This document shows, in pieces, positions 51,723 to 62,805 of a DNA stretch of 64,000 bases (within the stretch, counting starts at the first letter, position 1; each line of letters opens with the position of its first letter). The translations under genes were made by a program, and so were the position numbers. The notes below the pieces were generated by a model that was given only the letters and a program-made list of their open reading frames with translations, made no database searches and was not told where the DNA came from. This DNA is from Tortispora ganteri (taxonomy: Eukaryota), in the NCBI GenBank assembly GCA_003707115.1, contig PPNB01000004.1, forward strand, positions 124,001-188,000. Direction: 5' to 3'.

Positions 51723-52889
51723 ATGATATTCTTACCACTGACTATTCTATCCGGTATAGCAATAGTTCTTCCTATATTGCCTACTTTTGTGCACATACAG
51801 AACCGTAACTGGCCCGCTTTTATACTAGCTCTATGGCTAATATTGCTTAACATTTTCACATTTGTGAACTCCATAGTCTGGAGCGGCGAAGATGTAACAA
51901 AATGGTGGGATGGATATGGATTTTGCGACTTAGAAATCAGATTTTTTATCAGTGCTACAGTCGGAATTATGTCTTGCGTCATTGCTATCACCCGAAACTT
52001 GTCGATTATTGTTTCCAGAGAAGGCCCGAGGGTGTACTTTGCCGATACTAAAGTTCAGCGACGAAAGAGGCTTGCTATAGACCTCTCTATCTGTATTGTC
52101 CCTTTTGTACTTCTTAACGCACTATACTACATTATCCAACCGTCTAGATTTTATCTGGTTCAAAATGCTGGATGCACCGCACCAAATCTTACGACCTGGC
52201 TAGGACTAGTGCTGAATGTACTTTGGGGACCTATAGCTGCTTTAATCGCTTCTGGCTACGCAATCTTGACACTCTGCCGATACTTGAAACGTCGTCGAGA
52301 CTTTGAAGAAGTTATGCTTTCCAGTTCTTCTACCTCATCACACTTTTTCCGGTTATTATTATTTTCAAGCCTCATTGTTCTCATTATGTTTCCCCTCAGT
52401 CTGTATGTGCTGTATTTGAACACTTCCATGGGTGTGACTGGATACAGCTGGTCTGAAGTACACAGTCCTTTATGGGGTATGGTACCACGTTTTTTAGCTG
52501 ATGGCGCGCCAGTTAGTTCCTGGTTTACAGTTGTTGGGTCATACCTCTTCTTCATATTCTTTGGGTTTGGCAATGATGCTGTTATTCTATACAAGGGAAT
52601 ACTGAAGCGAGTATCTGTCGTGAGAAGTTCATTCTCCAGTTCTCACAGCAGTTCTGTCTCCTCAAAGCTAAGCGAATCAACTTTTGGCAAATCTGAAGCT
52701 GGAGACTGGGATCTAGAGTCTCAAAACGGACGTCGTCGATCTACTTTCGGGTGGACTAAATATAAGGAGACTACAACAGGCAGTGAAGATGATTTTATGG
52801 ATAACTGTACTTCACACAGTCTGGGTAATGAACTCAGAGTGAGAGAAGAAGTGACATTATCGCTTCAGGCTAAAGATACAGAATTGTAG
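51723..52889 (+). CDS. STE3: a-factor pheromone receptor (7-TM GPCR)
   Basis: NSIVWSG...WWDGYGFCD, YYIIQPSRF....AGC, HFFRLL, YSWSEVH, FFGFGNDA, Ser-rich tail. Confidence 0.93.
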   Translation: MIFLPLTILSGIAIVLPILPTFVHIQNRNWPAFILALWLILLNIFTFVNSIVWSGEDVTKWWDGYGFCDLEIRFFISATVGIMSCVIAITRNLSIIVSREGPRVYFADTKVQRRKRLAIDLSICIVPFVLLNALYYIIQPSRFYLVQNAGCTAPNLTTWLGLVLNVLWGPIAALIASGYAILTLCRYLKRRRDFEEVMLSSSSTSSHFFRLLLFSSLIVLIMFPLSLYVLYLNTSMGVTGYSWSEVHSPLWGMVPRFLADGAPVSSWFTVVGSYLFFIFFGFGNDAVILYKGILKRVSVVRSSFSSSHSSSVSSKLSESTFGKSEAGDWDLESQNGRRRSTFGWTKYKETTTGSEDDFMDNCTSHSLGNELRVREEVTLSLQAKDTEL

Positions 52890-53017
52890 CAACTTTTTTT
52901 TTTCTTTCTTAGTTGAGAATATAGCTTCTATAAATGTAATGAGAAACTTCTAGCTTAGAGTAATAAGACTTTGGGGAATTTGGGACTATCCTTCAACTTT
53001 GATTTCAGGTTTTAAAG

Positions 53018-53698
53018 ATGGCAATTTGTATACTAGGCATTAGCAATGAAGAAGAAGCCCTGTTGAATGACATAAAAAGATGTTTACTCAATAAACAAAT
53101 GGATACGCGAGTTTTGAAAATTGGTGATATATGGATACGGCGTGTGACAGAGGTAACTTTGGACGACGAAATGTTGACAATTGTACGACTGGATGGATCA
53201 TTATCTGGAGGGAAAGGTGGGTTCGGTGTACAGTTAAAAGCTGAAGGTAAGCGAATGAGACATAAGTTAGAGAAGATCCAAAGACAATCAGGAAGAGATC
53301 TAGAGGGTAGGTCACTGAGATCGATCAAAAGAGCAGAGCAACTAATCGAGCAATTACAGTCTGATTCAAGTTCTAGAGAATCTCTGCAGCAAAGAATAAA
53401 TGCTTTAAAGGATACATTAGATCAAACAGGAATTGATAATGTACGTGCAACAGATGATAAGTGGGTGAATGAACATGATCGAATAATACAGGAGATTATA
53501 CAAGTGACAGAAACCGCGCTGGACCGCGATTCAGAAAAGCCAAATGTGAACTCAGATGATGCAAACGATACTGAGTCATCAACTGATGTACAGATAGACG
53601 CAAAGAGTCCTCGCCCCTCTAAAGGGTCACAATCTTTACCTGGACCGAAGTTCTCTAGTTTTCTGGAGATTTCTGATTCGGACTCTGAGAGCTCTTAA
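53018..53698 (+). CDS. SDE2: Ubiquitin-fold splicing regulator Sde2
   Basis: LSGG/KGGFG processing site (53207-53221) followed by QLKAEG.RM and RDLEGRSLR. Confidence 0.8.
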   Translation: MAICILGISNEEEALLNDIKRCLLNKQMDTRVLKIGDIWIRRVTEVTLDDEMLTIVRLDGSLSGGKGGFGVQLKAEGKRMRHKLEKIQRQSGRDLEGRSLRSIKRAEQLIEQLQSDSSSRESLQQRINALKDTLDQTGIDNVRATDDKWVNEHDRIIQEIIQVTETALDRDSEKPNVNSDDANDTESSTDVQIDAKSPRPSKGSQSLPGPKFSSFLEISDSDSESS

Positions 53699-53963
53699 CT
53701 ATAGATACATGGAAACAGAGTTCGAAGTAGCTCTTTTATGCCAATTTATTGAAGTAAAACATTGTACTATGTCTAATTATTTACGATATTAACTATTCTC
53801 TCAACGGTATTGCCACCCTGAGTAGCTCACAGATCCTATGTTCGTGCGCTCTCTCAGTGTTCTAGCGCCTATCCCAAATATGATGACCAATCACAAGCAC
53901 GCTCTTCCCAGATTTATATCGCTAATCCATCGTGGCAATCTAAATTTCTTACTATTACAGATC

Positions 53964-54746
53964 ATGAGTTTCAGGATATTTTATCGTGCAATACAGCCGC
54001 TAAGCGGATTTAGAATATATCGAACAGTACCGAATAGAGGGTTTAAAAGTCTATACCGACCTACTGCTTCGAGGCCTTCATTGAAGATACTTGATCGTAG
54101 ATCTATGTATATTCAAACAGCTAGCACTCCTAATGAGAATGCACTGAAGTTTCAACCATCTCAGAGAATACTTCCAGAAGACTCAAACGGTGTTTTTGAA
54201 TATTTGAATGGAAGAGAGGCACATTCTAGCCCTTTGGCCAAAAAGTTATTCGGAATAGATGGCGTTAAAACGGTTATGTTTGGTCCTGATTTTATCACTG
54301 TGGAGAAAGAGCCGGAAATTGGATGGACTGTACTGAAACCTGAGATATTCTCTATAATCACTGAACATCTAACGGCAGGAATACCTATCGTACTTGAAGG
54401 TACTAAAGCCAGCGAGGATACAGCACCGAGCGATGATGATACCGAAGTTGTATCTATGATTAAAGAGCTAATTGACACCAGAATCAGACCAGCGATCCAG
54501 GAAGACGGCGGTGACATCGAATTTAGGGGATTGGATCCTGATGGAACTGTTTTATTGAAACTGAAGGGAGCGTGTAGATCTTGTGACTCTTCTACGGTGA
54601 CATTAAAGAATGGAATCGAAAGCATGCTAATGCATTATGTTGAGGAAGTAACCGGTGTACGTCAAGTCCTAGATCCGGAAGAAGAAATTTCTTTACAAGA
54701 GTTTGAGAAGTTTGAACAAAAGCTTCATAGTCAAAAATCTATTTAA
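53964..54746 (+). CDS. NFU1: Mitochondrial Fe-S carrier Nfu1
   Basis: IQTASTPNENALKF, IDTRIRPAIQEDGGDI, GACRSC. The Arg-rich presequence starts at ATG 53964; in-frame ATGs exist upstream. Confidence 0.93.
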   Translation: MSFRIFYRAIQPLSGFRIYRTVPNRGFKSLYRPTASRPSLKILDRRSMYIQTASTPNENALKFQPSQRILPEDSNGVFEYLNGREAHSSPLAKKLFGIDGVKTVMFGPDFITVEKEPEIGWTVLKPEIFSIITEHLTAGIPIVLEGTKASEDTAPSDDDTEVVSMIKELIDTRIRPAIQEDGGDIEFRGLDPDGTVLLKLKGACRSCDSSTVTLKNGIESMLMHYVEEVTGVRQVLDPEEEISLQEFEKFEQKLHSQKSI

Positions 54747-54842
54747 ATGCGTCTCGGCAAAATCAAATGTACGTTACAGTCATTTTTGTACATCCAGTTT
54801 GATATTCGCTATGTCTTGTTGTATAAAATATATATTGCATGT

Positions 54843-56153
54843 CTAAACCACACTTAGAGCTTCATCCAAAATTTCTAACCCTTCCTTGATAAGAGATTTT
54901 TCAATATTTAACGGCGGTAAGAATCTCAACGTGTTAGTACCGGCAGTAATAATCAATAGACCACGTTCTCTCGCCGCGGTGATGATATCATTAGGATCAC
55001 GGTTCAATTGCAGCCCTAGGAAAAGACCACGTCCACGAATTTCAGTAATCATGTTGCTGTACTTCGATTTTAATCGCTCAAACTCCTCAACAAACATCCA
55101 AGAGCGTTCATTGACACCTTCCAAAAAGTTTTCAGTAGTAACTCTATCAAGTACATGATCCGCTACCGCACATGCCAGAGGATTGCCTCCAAAAGTAGTT
55201 CCGTGATCCCCAACTTTGATTGCATCTGATACCTTGTTGTTGACAAGAACACCGCCAATAGGAAATCCATTACCTAACGCCTTTGCCATAGTGATAATGT
55301 CCGGTTGTGCATCAACCCCAAAAGCTTGATGGGCCCAGAATGTACCTGTTCTACTGATACCTGATTGGATTTCATCGTAGATAAGAACCGTACCAGTCTC
55401 GTTGCATCTTTTTCTCAAAGCTTCAAAGAAAGCCGAATGTCCAACATTTACACCTCCTTCTCCTTGTACTGGTTCAACAATGACACCACAAGTCTTGTCA
55501 GTTATCAACTCCGCGAGTTGGTCGACATTGTTGTAGTCACCGTACTTTACCGCTCCAACCATTGGAAAAAACGGCGCTTGATATTTCAGATTGGGCGTTA
55601 CAGAGAGAGCCCCCATTGTTCTGCCATGAAATGAATTTTTGAAGGACACTAATTCGACCTTATCCTCAGACGTCAATTTGCCAACTTTCCGTGCAAACTT
55701 CAAAGCAGCTTCATTTGCCTCAGTTCCAGAGTTGCAAATAAAGGCATGCGACATATCTGTGCCTGATAGCTGGGTGACTTCAACAAGTTTCTTGCATAAT
55801 GGGCCGGTCTTGTTATTATGATACAAATTGGAGGCATGCACCAAAGTGCTGGCTTGTTTTGCGATTACCTTCGATATTTCAGGATCGCAATGACCTAAAG
55901 AATTAACAGCAATGCCCGCAGTAAAATCTATATATTTTCTGCCTTCAATATCGATAAGAATGCTTCCTTCACCCTTTTGAAATACAGGGAGTGGCCGAGA
56001 GTAAGTCGCTAGCATATATGGAAGGTATTCATCTACGAACTTTGCAGATTTCGAAGCAGCATCTGGATCTTTGTGCGTTACACTTTTTACAATAGTAGAA
56101 CTACTAAAAGATCTTCTGATCGCAAGAGAGCGATTTTTTAAAGAAGTCAACAT
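54843..56153 (-). CDS. ARG8: Acetylornithine aminotransferase, mitochondrial
   Basis: DFTAGIAVNSLGH, NSGTEANEAALKFAR, FHGRT, EPVQGEGG, DEIQ, AKALGNG, HGTTFGGNP. Confidence 0.95.
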   Translation of the reverse strand: MLTSLKNRSLAIRRSFSSSTIVKSVTHKDPDAASKSAKFVDEYLPYMLATYSRPLPVFQKGEGSILIDIEGRKYIDFTAGIAVNSLGHCDPEISKVIAKQASTLVHASNLYHNNKTGPLCKKLVEVTQLSGTDMSHAFICNSGTEANEAALKFARKVGKLTSEDKVELVSFKNSFHGRTMGALSVTPNLKYQAPFFPMVGAVKYGDYNNVDQLAELITDKTCGVIVEPVQGEGGVNVGHSAFFEALRKRCNETGTVLIYDEIQSGISRTGTFWAHQAFGVDAQPDIITMAKALGNGFPIGGVLVNNKVSDAIKVGDHGTTFGGNPLACAVADHVLDRVTTENFLEGVNERSWMFVEEFERLKSKYSNMITEIRGRGLFLGLQLNRDPNDIITAARERGLLIITAGTNTLRFLPPLNIEKSLIKEGLEILDEALSVV

Positions 56154-56240
56154 GACTCACGCTCTATTTAGATATTGGAAAGTGGAGAAAATACTTAAAA
56201 AAGAAGTATCACAATAAAGTTTGGGATGTGTCAAAATCTC

Positions 56241-58541
56241 TTAGCCGGTCCACATAATAGACGCCCGGGGATATTCTCGTTTATAGAGAGACATGGCGAC
56301 AGTGTCTTGGGCATTTAATTTTCCATCGAAGCTTGCTTTGAAATATCCATGAGTTCCTAGAGACTCTCTGATAAATCCTGATCTGCCCCACTTCGTGAAC
56401 AAAGGCAGATCTTTGAAATATGCCACATCTTCCGAATTGAAGAACATATAACGAACAGTTACTCCTCGTTTGTGCATCTTATAGGGAGTTCCTGTAAGAA
56501 TAGCTCTCTTAACGATAATCCTATGATAGTCCAAGTCTTCTAGTGATCCTGTTCCGAGTAGGCTAATGCCGTTACTTGTTTGCTTAAAAAAGAGTGCCGG
56601 TGTGTTGTTTCCAAACATTGCAGGACCAATAACAGTTGCAATGCTTGCTCGATCTTTCGGTAAGAATCTTTCATACCTGAAAATCATATTGGAATTTCGC
56701 TTTCCTGTTTCAGAGAACAGAGGTCTAATTACCAACCGGCGAGGTCCGCATTGCACTATCATAGTTTCCTTGGCCTTGACGGGTTCCTCATAATCAGGTG
56801 AAGGAAGAAGAGAAAAGTTCAGCACAGCTTGCTGATGCTCATATCTATGAAGGCCAAACATGATCGCCGGCCTGCCATTTTGTATCATCTGTAACAAGTT
56901 GGTTGCAAAAAACTCTGACATTTTTAATGTCACATAAACCTTTTTACCCACATCCACTTTTTTATCAGATATTTCCAATGTTTCCTTAACAATTTTGTTC
57001 CTAGTAGCCCGATAGTTCTTAACTCTGAAAAGACGAAACCATTCATCAGGAGTTTTTTCGGTTCTTTCGTCGGCATCCCACCTTGCAGTTGCAAGACTCC
57101 GTAAGCCTCTATACCGTTTAAATCGTTCCCGAGCAATCTCCTCGGGTTCAAGTTCAACTTCATCTGGAAATTCCATATTTTCACGTTCTCTTCGTCGATA
57201 AGCCTCGTAATTTCTTCTCTCCTCAGCCTCATCTAAGTCAACGTGCATAGCTGTTTCGGTATCATCATATTCTGTGACAGAACTGGAAAAGTGAACAGTT
57301 TTTCCATTGTTCATATTATCGTTATCAGTCTTAGAAGCATAATCACTGTCATCTAATTCCATGCTATCGTCACTTTCATCTTCGCTAGATGGTTCTTCTC
57401 GTAGTTCTTCCAATTCATCATCAGAATTGAACTCATCATCCAACAGCCAACGAGCTTGGTACTCTGATGTGCCTTTTGGTACCATTCTAGGAGCTTTTTC
57501 ATCTTCTTCATTCATCTCATTAAATATACGGTCATCCATACGCACCGTTTTTCTCGGTTCGTCGAAATCGACAGTCATGGGAACGTCTCTTTCTGGCGCT
57601 AGTTCTTCCAGATCATCAGCATTTTCAGACGGAATATAAACCTGTTCATCTGTATCCATTTCTCCATGTTTCTCCTCAATAACTCTGACACTGTGTAACT
57701 GAAAATCACCACATGATGGAATGTGGACAAGGCGATCAGTGTCCAGAGGCGCACCGCGAACTGTACCGGAAACTGTCACTAAGTTTTCATCAATGTTTAC
57801 ATTCTCTAACATCATGTAAGACCTAGAGTCGCGCCAAGATACACCTTTAGGTATTTGTTGACAAAGTAGCCTAGTGACAGTGCTGCAATCATTAGGTGAT
57901 GAGGTCAGATAGAGCCTTCTTTCAGAAGGAAAGAAATGCGTGATATATGACGTCAAAGAGGAAACAGTAGATTTGATCTTCTGCTTATCAGTTCCAATAT
58001 TATGAATTATAGGAATGACATTAGAAATACCCTGACTTGTCAGGCATCGTAGACATTGTTCGGCATAAGAGTCCACTTCGACATTGCCAGACAGTGCTAA
58101 AATGACAAAATCAGCGATCTGACAGCTATCGAGGATGGATAAAAATGATCGATTAGGCATTATAAACTGCAAAGACTGCTTAAATCTGTTAATATTTATA
58201 ATAGGCATTGCGTTTATGATTATGGGATCAGTGCCCACACTGTCGCAGAGAGATCTGATAATTTCAGCTGAATCTATGTCAGTACACAATGGCACTACAG
58301 CAACAATCTTAGATATTTTGCTGTACATTCTTTTAATAGCATCAAGTTCAGAATCTTTTAAACTTCTTAATTGCTTTGCTGCATTCTTTCGTTCACTTTT
58401 CGCAAGAACATGATGATTTTTCTTATTCGAAGCTTTCGATACTTTATTCTGGTACCGTCGCTTAAGTTCTCCCTTAGTTGCATGTTTACTTTTAAACCTC
58501 TTATGTTCCTTCTTTGTAGAAGGTCTATGAGATGTGACCAT
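56241..58541 (-). CDS. TSR1: 40S ribosome biogenesis factor Tsr1
   Basis: HKRFKSKHATKG, PKGTSEYQARW, EFPDEVE, RFKRYRGLRSL, VRYMFFN, ESLGTHGYFKA. Confidence 0.95.
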   Translation of the reverse strand: MVTSHRPSTKKEHKRFKSKHATKGELKRRYQNKVSKASNKKNHHVLAKSERKNAAKQLRSLKDSELDAIKRMYSKISKIVAVVPLCTDIDSAEIIRSLCDSVGTDPIIINAMPIININRFKQSLQFIMPNRSFLSILDSCQIADFVILALSGNVEVDSYAEQCLRCLTSQGISNVIPIIHNIGTDKQKIKSTVSSLTSYITHFFPSERRLYLTSSPNDCSTVTRLLCQQIPKGVSWRDSRSYMMLENVNIDENLVTVSGTVRGAPLDTDRLVHIPSCGDFQLHSVRVIEEKHGEMDTDEQVYIPSENADDLEELAPERDVPMTVDFDEPRKTVRMDDRIFNEMNEEDEKAPRMVPKGTSEYQARWLLDDEFNSDDELEELREEPSSEDESDDSMELDDSDYASKTDNDNMNNGKTVHFSSSVTEYDDTETAMHVDLDEAEERRNYEAYRRRERENMEFPDEVELEPEEIARERFKRYRGLRSLATARWDADERTEKTPDEWFRLFRVKNYRATRNKIVKETLEISDKKVDVGKKVYVTLKMSEFFATNLLQMIQNGRPAIMFGLHRYEHQQAVLNFSLLPSPDYEEPVKAKETMIVQCGPRRLVIRPLFSETGKRNSNMIFRYERFLPKDRASIATVIGPAMFGNNTPALFFKQTSNGISLLGTGSLEDLDYHRIIVKRAILTGTPYKMHKRGVTVRYMFFNSEDVAYFKDLPLFTKWGRSGFIRESLGTHGYFKASFDGKLNAQDTVAMSLYKREYPRASIMWTG

Positions 58542-58771
58542 GACTTTTAGTTTAATTAGTTGGTCTGAAGAGATGAAAGAAGTAAATAATAAAAATAGCA
58601 GAAAATTGCTGAGTTCTGATTTTCTTTTCTACCTGAAAGTAGTTGGGAGGTTAACTAATGTATATTATTGGCTAGAATTTTCCAATAAGGTTATTGACGA
58701 TACAGGCATGTATTTTTTTGTGAAAATTATTAAATCCTCGACAAGACAACATTTATTAATAAACGATCACA

Positions 58772-60292
58772 ATGGGTAGGACTAGCTCACAGAGAAAAAC
58801 AAAGAATAGTAGAGTCAGGAACAAACTCAAGTTATTAGATGATCGGTATAAAGAAGCTGTTGAACTTGTGGATGATTCAAAACTGCTATTGGCTGAACAG
58901 CAAGGATTTCTCGAAGCTGAAGAAGGAGAGAAAACTTTCAAGTTTAAACAAGAAGATATTGTCAAAGAACTGGATGAAGTGACTCAGCGTAAGAAATTTA
59001 AACTTGTCCTTGATTTTGGCCCTTATTCTATTGATTACACTAGAAATGGTAGGGATCTGCTGATTGCGGGTCGCAAAGGTCACATAGCTTCCTTTGACTG
59101 GCGGAATGGTATACTGAAGTCAGAGATCCATGTTAACGAAACTGTTAGAGACATAAAGTGGCTACACAATGACCAGTTTTATGCTGCTGCGCAAAAAAAA
59201 TATGTGTATATTTATGACAGTCAAGGAGTTGAAGTTCATAAACTAAAAAGTCACATCGAAGTCAATTGCATGGACTTTTTACCGTACCATTTTCTTTTGG
59301 CCACTGCTGGTAATACAGGTTGGCTAAAGTATCAAGACACATCTACTGGCGAGCTTGTATCTGAATTAAGGACAAAATTAGGTGCTTCTCAATGCATGGC
59401 TCAGAATCCTTACAATGCGATTATTAATCTCGGGCATAGCAATGGAACTGTAACACTATGGTCTCCTACTGTTTCTACACCACTGGTCAAGATTCTTTCA
59501 CACAGGGGGCCTGTTCGGTCGATTGCTTGCGATAGAGAAGGCAGATATATGACTACTGCTGGTGCTGACTCTCGAATCAAAGTCTGGGATATACGGATGT
59601 TCAAAGAAATGCATTCCTATTACGTGCCTAAGCCAGCTTCAAGCCTACACATTTCTGACACAGGACTGCTAGCTGTTGGTTGGGGCCCTCATGTACATGT
59701 ATGGAAAGATGCTCTCAAACAAAAAGAGAAATCTCCTTATATGACACATCTTAATCCTGGATCAGCTATTTCTGATGTGAGATTTTGTCCATTTGAGGAC
59801 GTACTAGGTTTTGGTAGCGATTCTGGGTTTGAGAGTCTAATTGTGCCAGGAGCCGGTGAAGCCAATTTTGATACATACGAGGCTAATCCTTACGAGACAG
59901 CAGAACAGCGTCGTGAACGAGAAGTGAAGATGTTGCTGGACAAACTACAGCCTGATATGATCAGCTTAGATCCTGAAGCTATTGGTAAAGTAGATCCTCG
60001 CGCACCCAGTGTCAGAGATCGAGCCCTTGCAGAGCAGGAGCAGGCAGCTGCTGAAGCTAAAGTAAAGACTGCAGAGAATCTGAAAATCAAAGCAAAAGCT
60101 CGTGGGAAAAATTCAGCTTTAAGAAGGTATTTGCGTAAACGAACTAAAAACGTTATCGATGAACGCAAACAAAAGATCGAACAAATGCTCAAGGACGAGA
60201 AATCACAACGACAACAATTATTACGTGCAGAAAGAGGTGAAATAGAACAGAAAGATTTTATTCCTGCTGCACTGTCACGATTTACGAATTAA
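58772..60292 (+). CDS. UTP7: SSU processome WD40 protein Utp7 (WDR46/BING4)
   Basis: FGPYSIDYTRNGR, FLPYHFLLAT, QNPYNAII, CPFEDVLG, VPGAGEANFD. Confidence 0.94.
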   Translation: MGRTSSQRKTKNSRVRNKLKLLDDRYKEAVELVDDSKLLLAEQQGFLEAEEGEKTFKFKQEDIVKELDEVTQRKKFKLVLDFGPYSIDYTRNGRDLLIAGRKGHIASFDWRNGILKSEIHVNETVRDIKWLHNDQFYAAAQKKYVYIYDSQGVEVHKLKSHIEVNCMDFLPYHFLLATAGNTGWLKYQDTSTGELVSELRTKLGASQCMAQNPYNAIINLGHSNGTVTLWSPTVSTPLVKILSHRGPVRSIACDREGRYMTTAGADSRIKVWDIRMFKEMHSYYVPKPASSLHISDTGLLAVGWGPHVHVWKDALKQKEKSPYMTHLNPGSAISDVRFCPFEDVLGFGSDSGFESLIVPGAGEANFDTYEANPYETAEQRREREVKMLLDKLQPDMISLDPEAIGKVDPRAPSVRDRALAEQEQAAAEAKVKTAENLKIKAKARGKNSALRRYLRKRTKNVIDERKQKIEQMLKDEKSQRQQLLRAERGEIEQKDFIPAALSRFTN

Positions 60293-60681
60293 TGACATCA
60301 AATTTATTTAGTTATATACGAGACTAACATATCCAATTATTGACTAATGCAAACCTTAATTCATTTATACATTTAGTTTGATTGGTTGACTATTTTCGCC
60401 GAAGTTGGCCCAAAATAAAACATATTTGCCATTATATCTTGTGGCCACATTCAAAACCACCAACCTGACAAAATTAAATAATATAAAAATATACAATAAT
60501 TCCTTAGTGAATGCAATATAATATTCACAAAAGGTTCCGCGCCAGGCTTGTAAAACTGTAATTTGAACTCTAACGCACTGTGTCATAAAAAGAAATACAC
60601 AAACCTTATTGCGAAATTACACTTCAATCACATGAACAGTTCTACCCCGAATCGAACGTCACTTAACTTCTTATTCATTTC

Positions 60682-62805
60682 ATGATTGATCAAATTCTCG
60701 GGCGTCCAAGTGAGAAGTTAAAGCGCCTGCAAGTTCTACTTGTTTCCATTTCATGGATAGCAGTGCTAATTCTTGGCCCACGTACACCTCCTGGTGGGAA
60801 ACGTCTAAGTGCAATTCTGAAGAGGCTTTCTCCATGGCAGATATACATATTTTCAATGACAAGTATGTATATTATCAAGAATATCGATAGAATTTTTGGT
60901 GCCGTACCGCCAGAACCACTAAAGAACTTATACACTAGATCATTTTATAGAGCAATATGGATATCAACAGCGCTTGATGCCGGTTTTTGGACTGCAATGA
61001 ACATTCGGTCGACGCGTGTTAGAAACATAGCCTCACTTATCTTCTCCGGCTACTATCTCATATTTGCAGACCAGGCAGAGCGAACTGTAGCGAGATACAG
61101 AGCTAATATTAACATTGATATGCTTCGAGTATCGTGGTCGAAGAGCCAAAATCCTTACCTGTCTACCGTACAATGGTTCTTATCCCCTAGACTGCGCCTT
61201 TATACGCCTTTGAAAGTCAAACGTCCTTCCGGATCGTCTTATAAAAGTTCCATAAAAGGAATGCTTTATTTTGAAGGCTCAGCCGAACAGCTTCGTAAAG
61301 CTTCGAAAGTGCTTCTGCATTTCCCTGGTGGCGGATTTGTCACAATGGACCCCATCGACCACAATATCTGTCTCAAATACTGGGCTAAGAAACTCCGTAT
61401 ACCCATATTCAGTGTGAACTATCGCAAAGCTCCAGAGTATCCCTATCCTGCAGGCTTGAATGACTGCTATGAATCTTATTTGGCAATTGTACAAACTAAA
61501 GGCCAGTGTATCGGGCTTTCAGGTAACAGGACACCTGAAATAGTTCTTTTTGGTGATTCTGCTGGTGGTAATTTCGTCGCAACTACTGTTATAAAAATAT
61601 TGGAGGAGAAGAATAAGCAGATGTTGCCATTACCATCAGGTATTGTTCTCGTATACCCTTGCTTAGACCTGAACTACACCTCTTGGCTCACACCAGAGCA
61701 AGCACGGTATATATTGGGGTCCAGAAGCGAATCTGAGAAGGAGATGCCCAAGAAAGCCGCACCATCTACGTTGAATCTACTGCGATCTAAATATAACACT
61801 ATGAGTGGATCATCATGGCACCCGAAGAACTTGCCAAGGTTCTCTTTTGACAAGATAGAACCAGCAGATGTCCTGAAGGACGAAGATTTAAATCAGCAAG
61901 GTCAGAGAACACCAGCAATAAAGGAACCTGCTTTATCCAGTAATGGATCTTCCCAACTTCAAGTAACATCCAGAGTCGCTTATGTGTGCGATCCGATAAT
62001 CACACCGGGAATGTTAAGGGCAATGGCTATCCTCTATCTTGGCCCAAAAAGCTCGCCTGACTTTGAAAATGACTATTTGTTATCACCTGTTAAAGCACCG
62101 CTAGAACTTTTGGCGCAATTTCCAAGAACTTATATAATGTGCGGTGAAGTTGATCCACTTGTTGACGATTCAGTACTATTTGCCGGCCGTTTAAAGGAAG
62201 CAAAGCTGAGATATCCCGAGCTATCGCCATATAATGCAAAGGATAGCTCTCAAGCCTCAGATATTGAAGATATTGTTAAAGTCATGTTGATTAGAGGGTT
62301 TAGTCATGGATTTTTACAACTCTTGCCTTTTCTTCCTGAAGCCAAAATTGCACGAGAAAGATGTCGTGTATGGATCAAAGCGCTATTCGATTTTGCTTCA
62401 TCTTATGAATCTGATGACGAGATGGAAGCCTCTGACGATGATTCAATAGACAGTGAAGAATTTGCTCAATTCAAAGAATACACTATGTCGGATATCCAGA
62501 GTGAAACTGAAGCTTCCGCTGCGCATTTGAGCACGGCTGAGTCAGATAGAAGTGATGAAGGAAACGAACAGCTTGAATTTTCCAGCAGCAGAAGCCTACT
62601 TTCTAAGACCAATACTCCTGAAAGAAGTGATTCACGGAAGGCCGTGAGAATCAGAAAGAATCAGCTTAAGCTGAACCGACATTCCACATGGGAAAAATCG
62701 AATATGTTGACAGAAGCCTCGCTATTAGAGAGACGTCTTGCGAATATATCGCAAGATTTAGGGAGCTCTGAAGCTGAATTAAATAGGACAGACAGTCACG
62801 ACTAG
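60682..62805 (+). CDS. Hormone-sensitive-lipase family alpha/beta hydrolase
   Basis: MIDQILGRPS start, TALDAGFWTAM, PGGGF oxyanion loop, YRKAPEYPYP, GDSAG, DPLVDD, HGF. Confidence 0.88.
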   Translation: MIDQILGRPSEKLKRLQVLLVSISWIAVLILGPRTPPGGKRLSAILKRLSPWQIYIFSMTSMYIIKNIDRIFGAVPPEPLKNLYTRSFYRAIWISTALDAGFWTAMNIRSTRVRNIASLIFSGYYLIFADQAERTVARYRANINIDMLRVSWSKSQNPYLSTVQWFLSPRLRLYTPLKVKRPSGSSYKSSIKGMLYFEGSAEQLRKASKVLLHFPGGGFVTMDPIDHNICLKYWAKKLRIPIFSVNYRKAPEYPYPAGLNDCYESYLAIVQTKGQCIGLSGNRTPEIVLFGDSAGGNFVATTVIKILEEKNKQMLPLPSGIVLVYPCLDLNYTSWLTPEQARYILGSRSESEKEMPKKAAPSTLNLLRSKYNTMSGSSWHPKNLPRFSFDKIEPADVLKDEDLNQQGQRTPAIKEPALSSNGSSQLQVTSRVAYVCDPIITPGMLRAMAILYLGPKSSPDFENDYLLSPVKAPLELLAQFPRTYIMCGEVDPLVDDSVLFAGRLKEAKLRYPELSPYNAKDSSQASDIEDIVKVMLIRGFSHGFLQLLPFLPEAKIARERCRVWIKALFDFASSYESDDEMEASDDDSIDSEEFAQFKEYTMSDIQSETEASAAHLSTAESDRSDEGNEQLEFSSSRSLLSKTNTPERSDSRKAVRIRKNQLKLNRHSTWEKSNMLTEASLLERRLANISQDLGSSEAELNRTDSHD

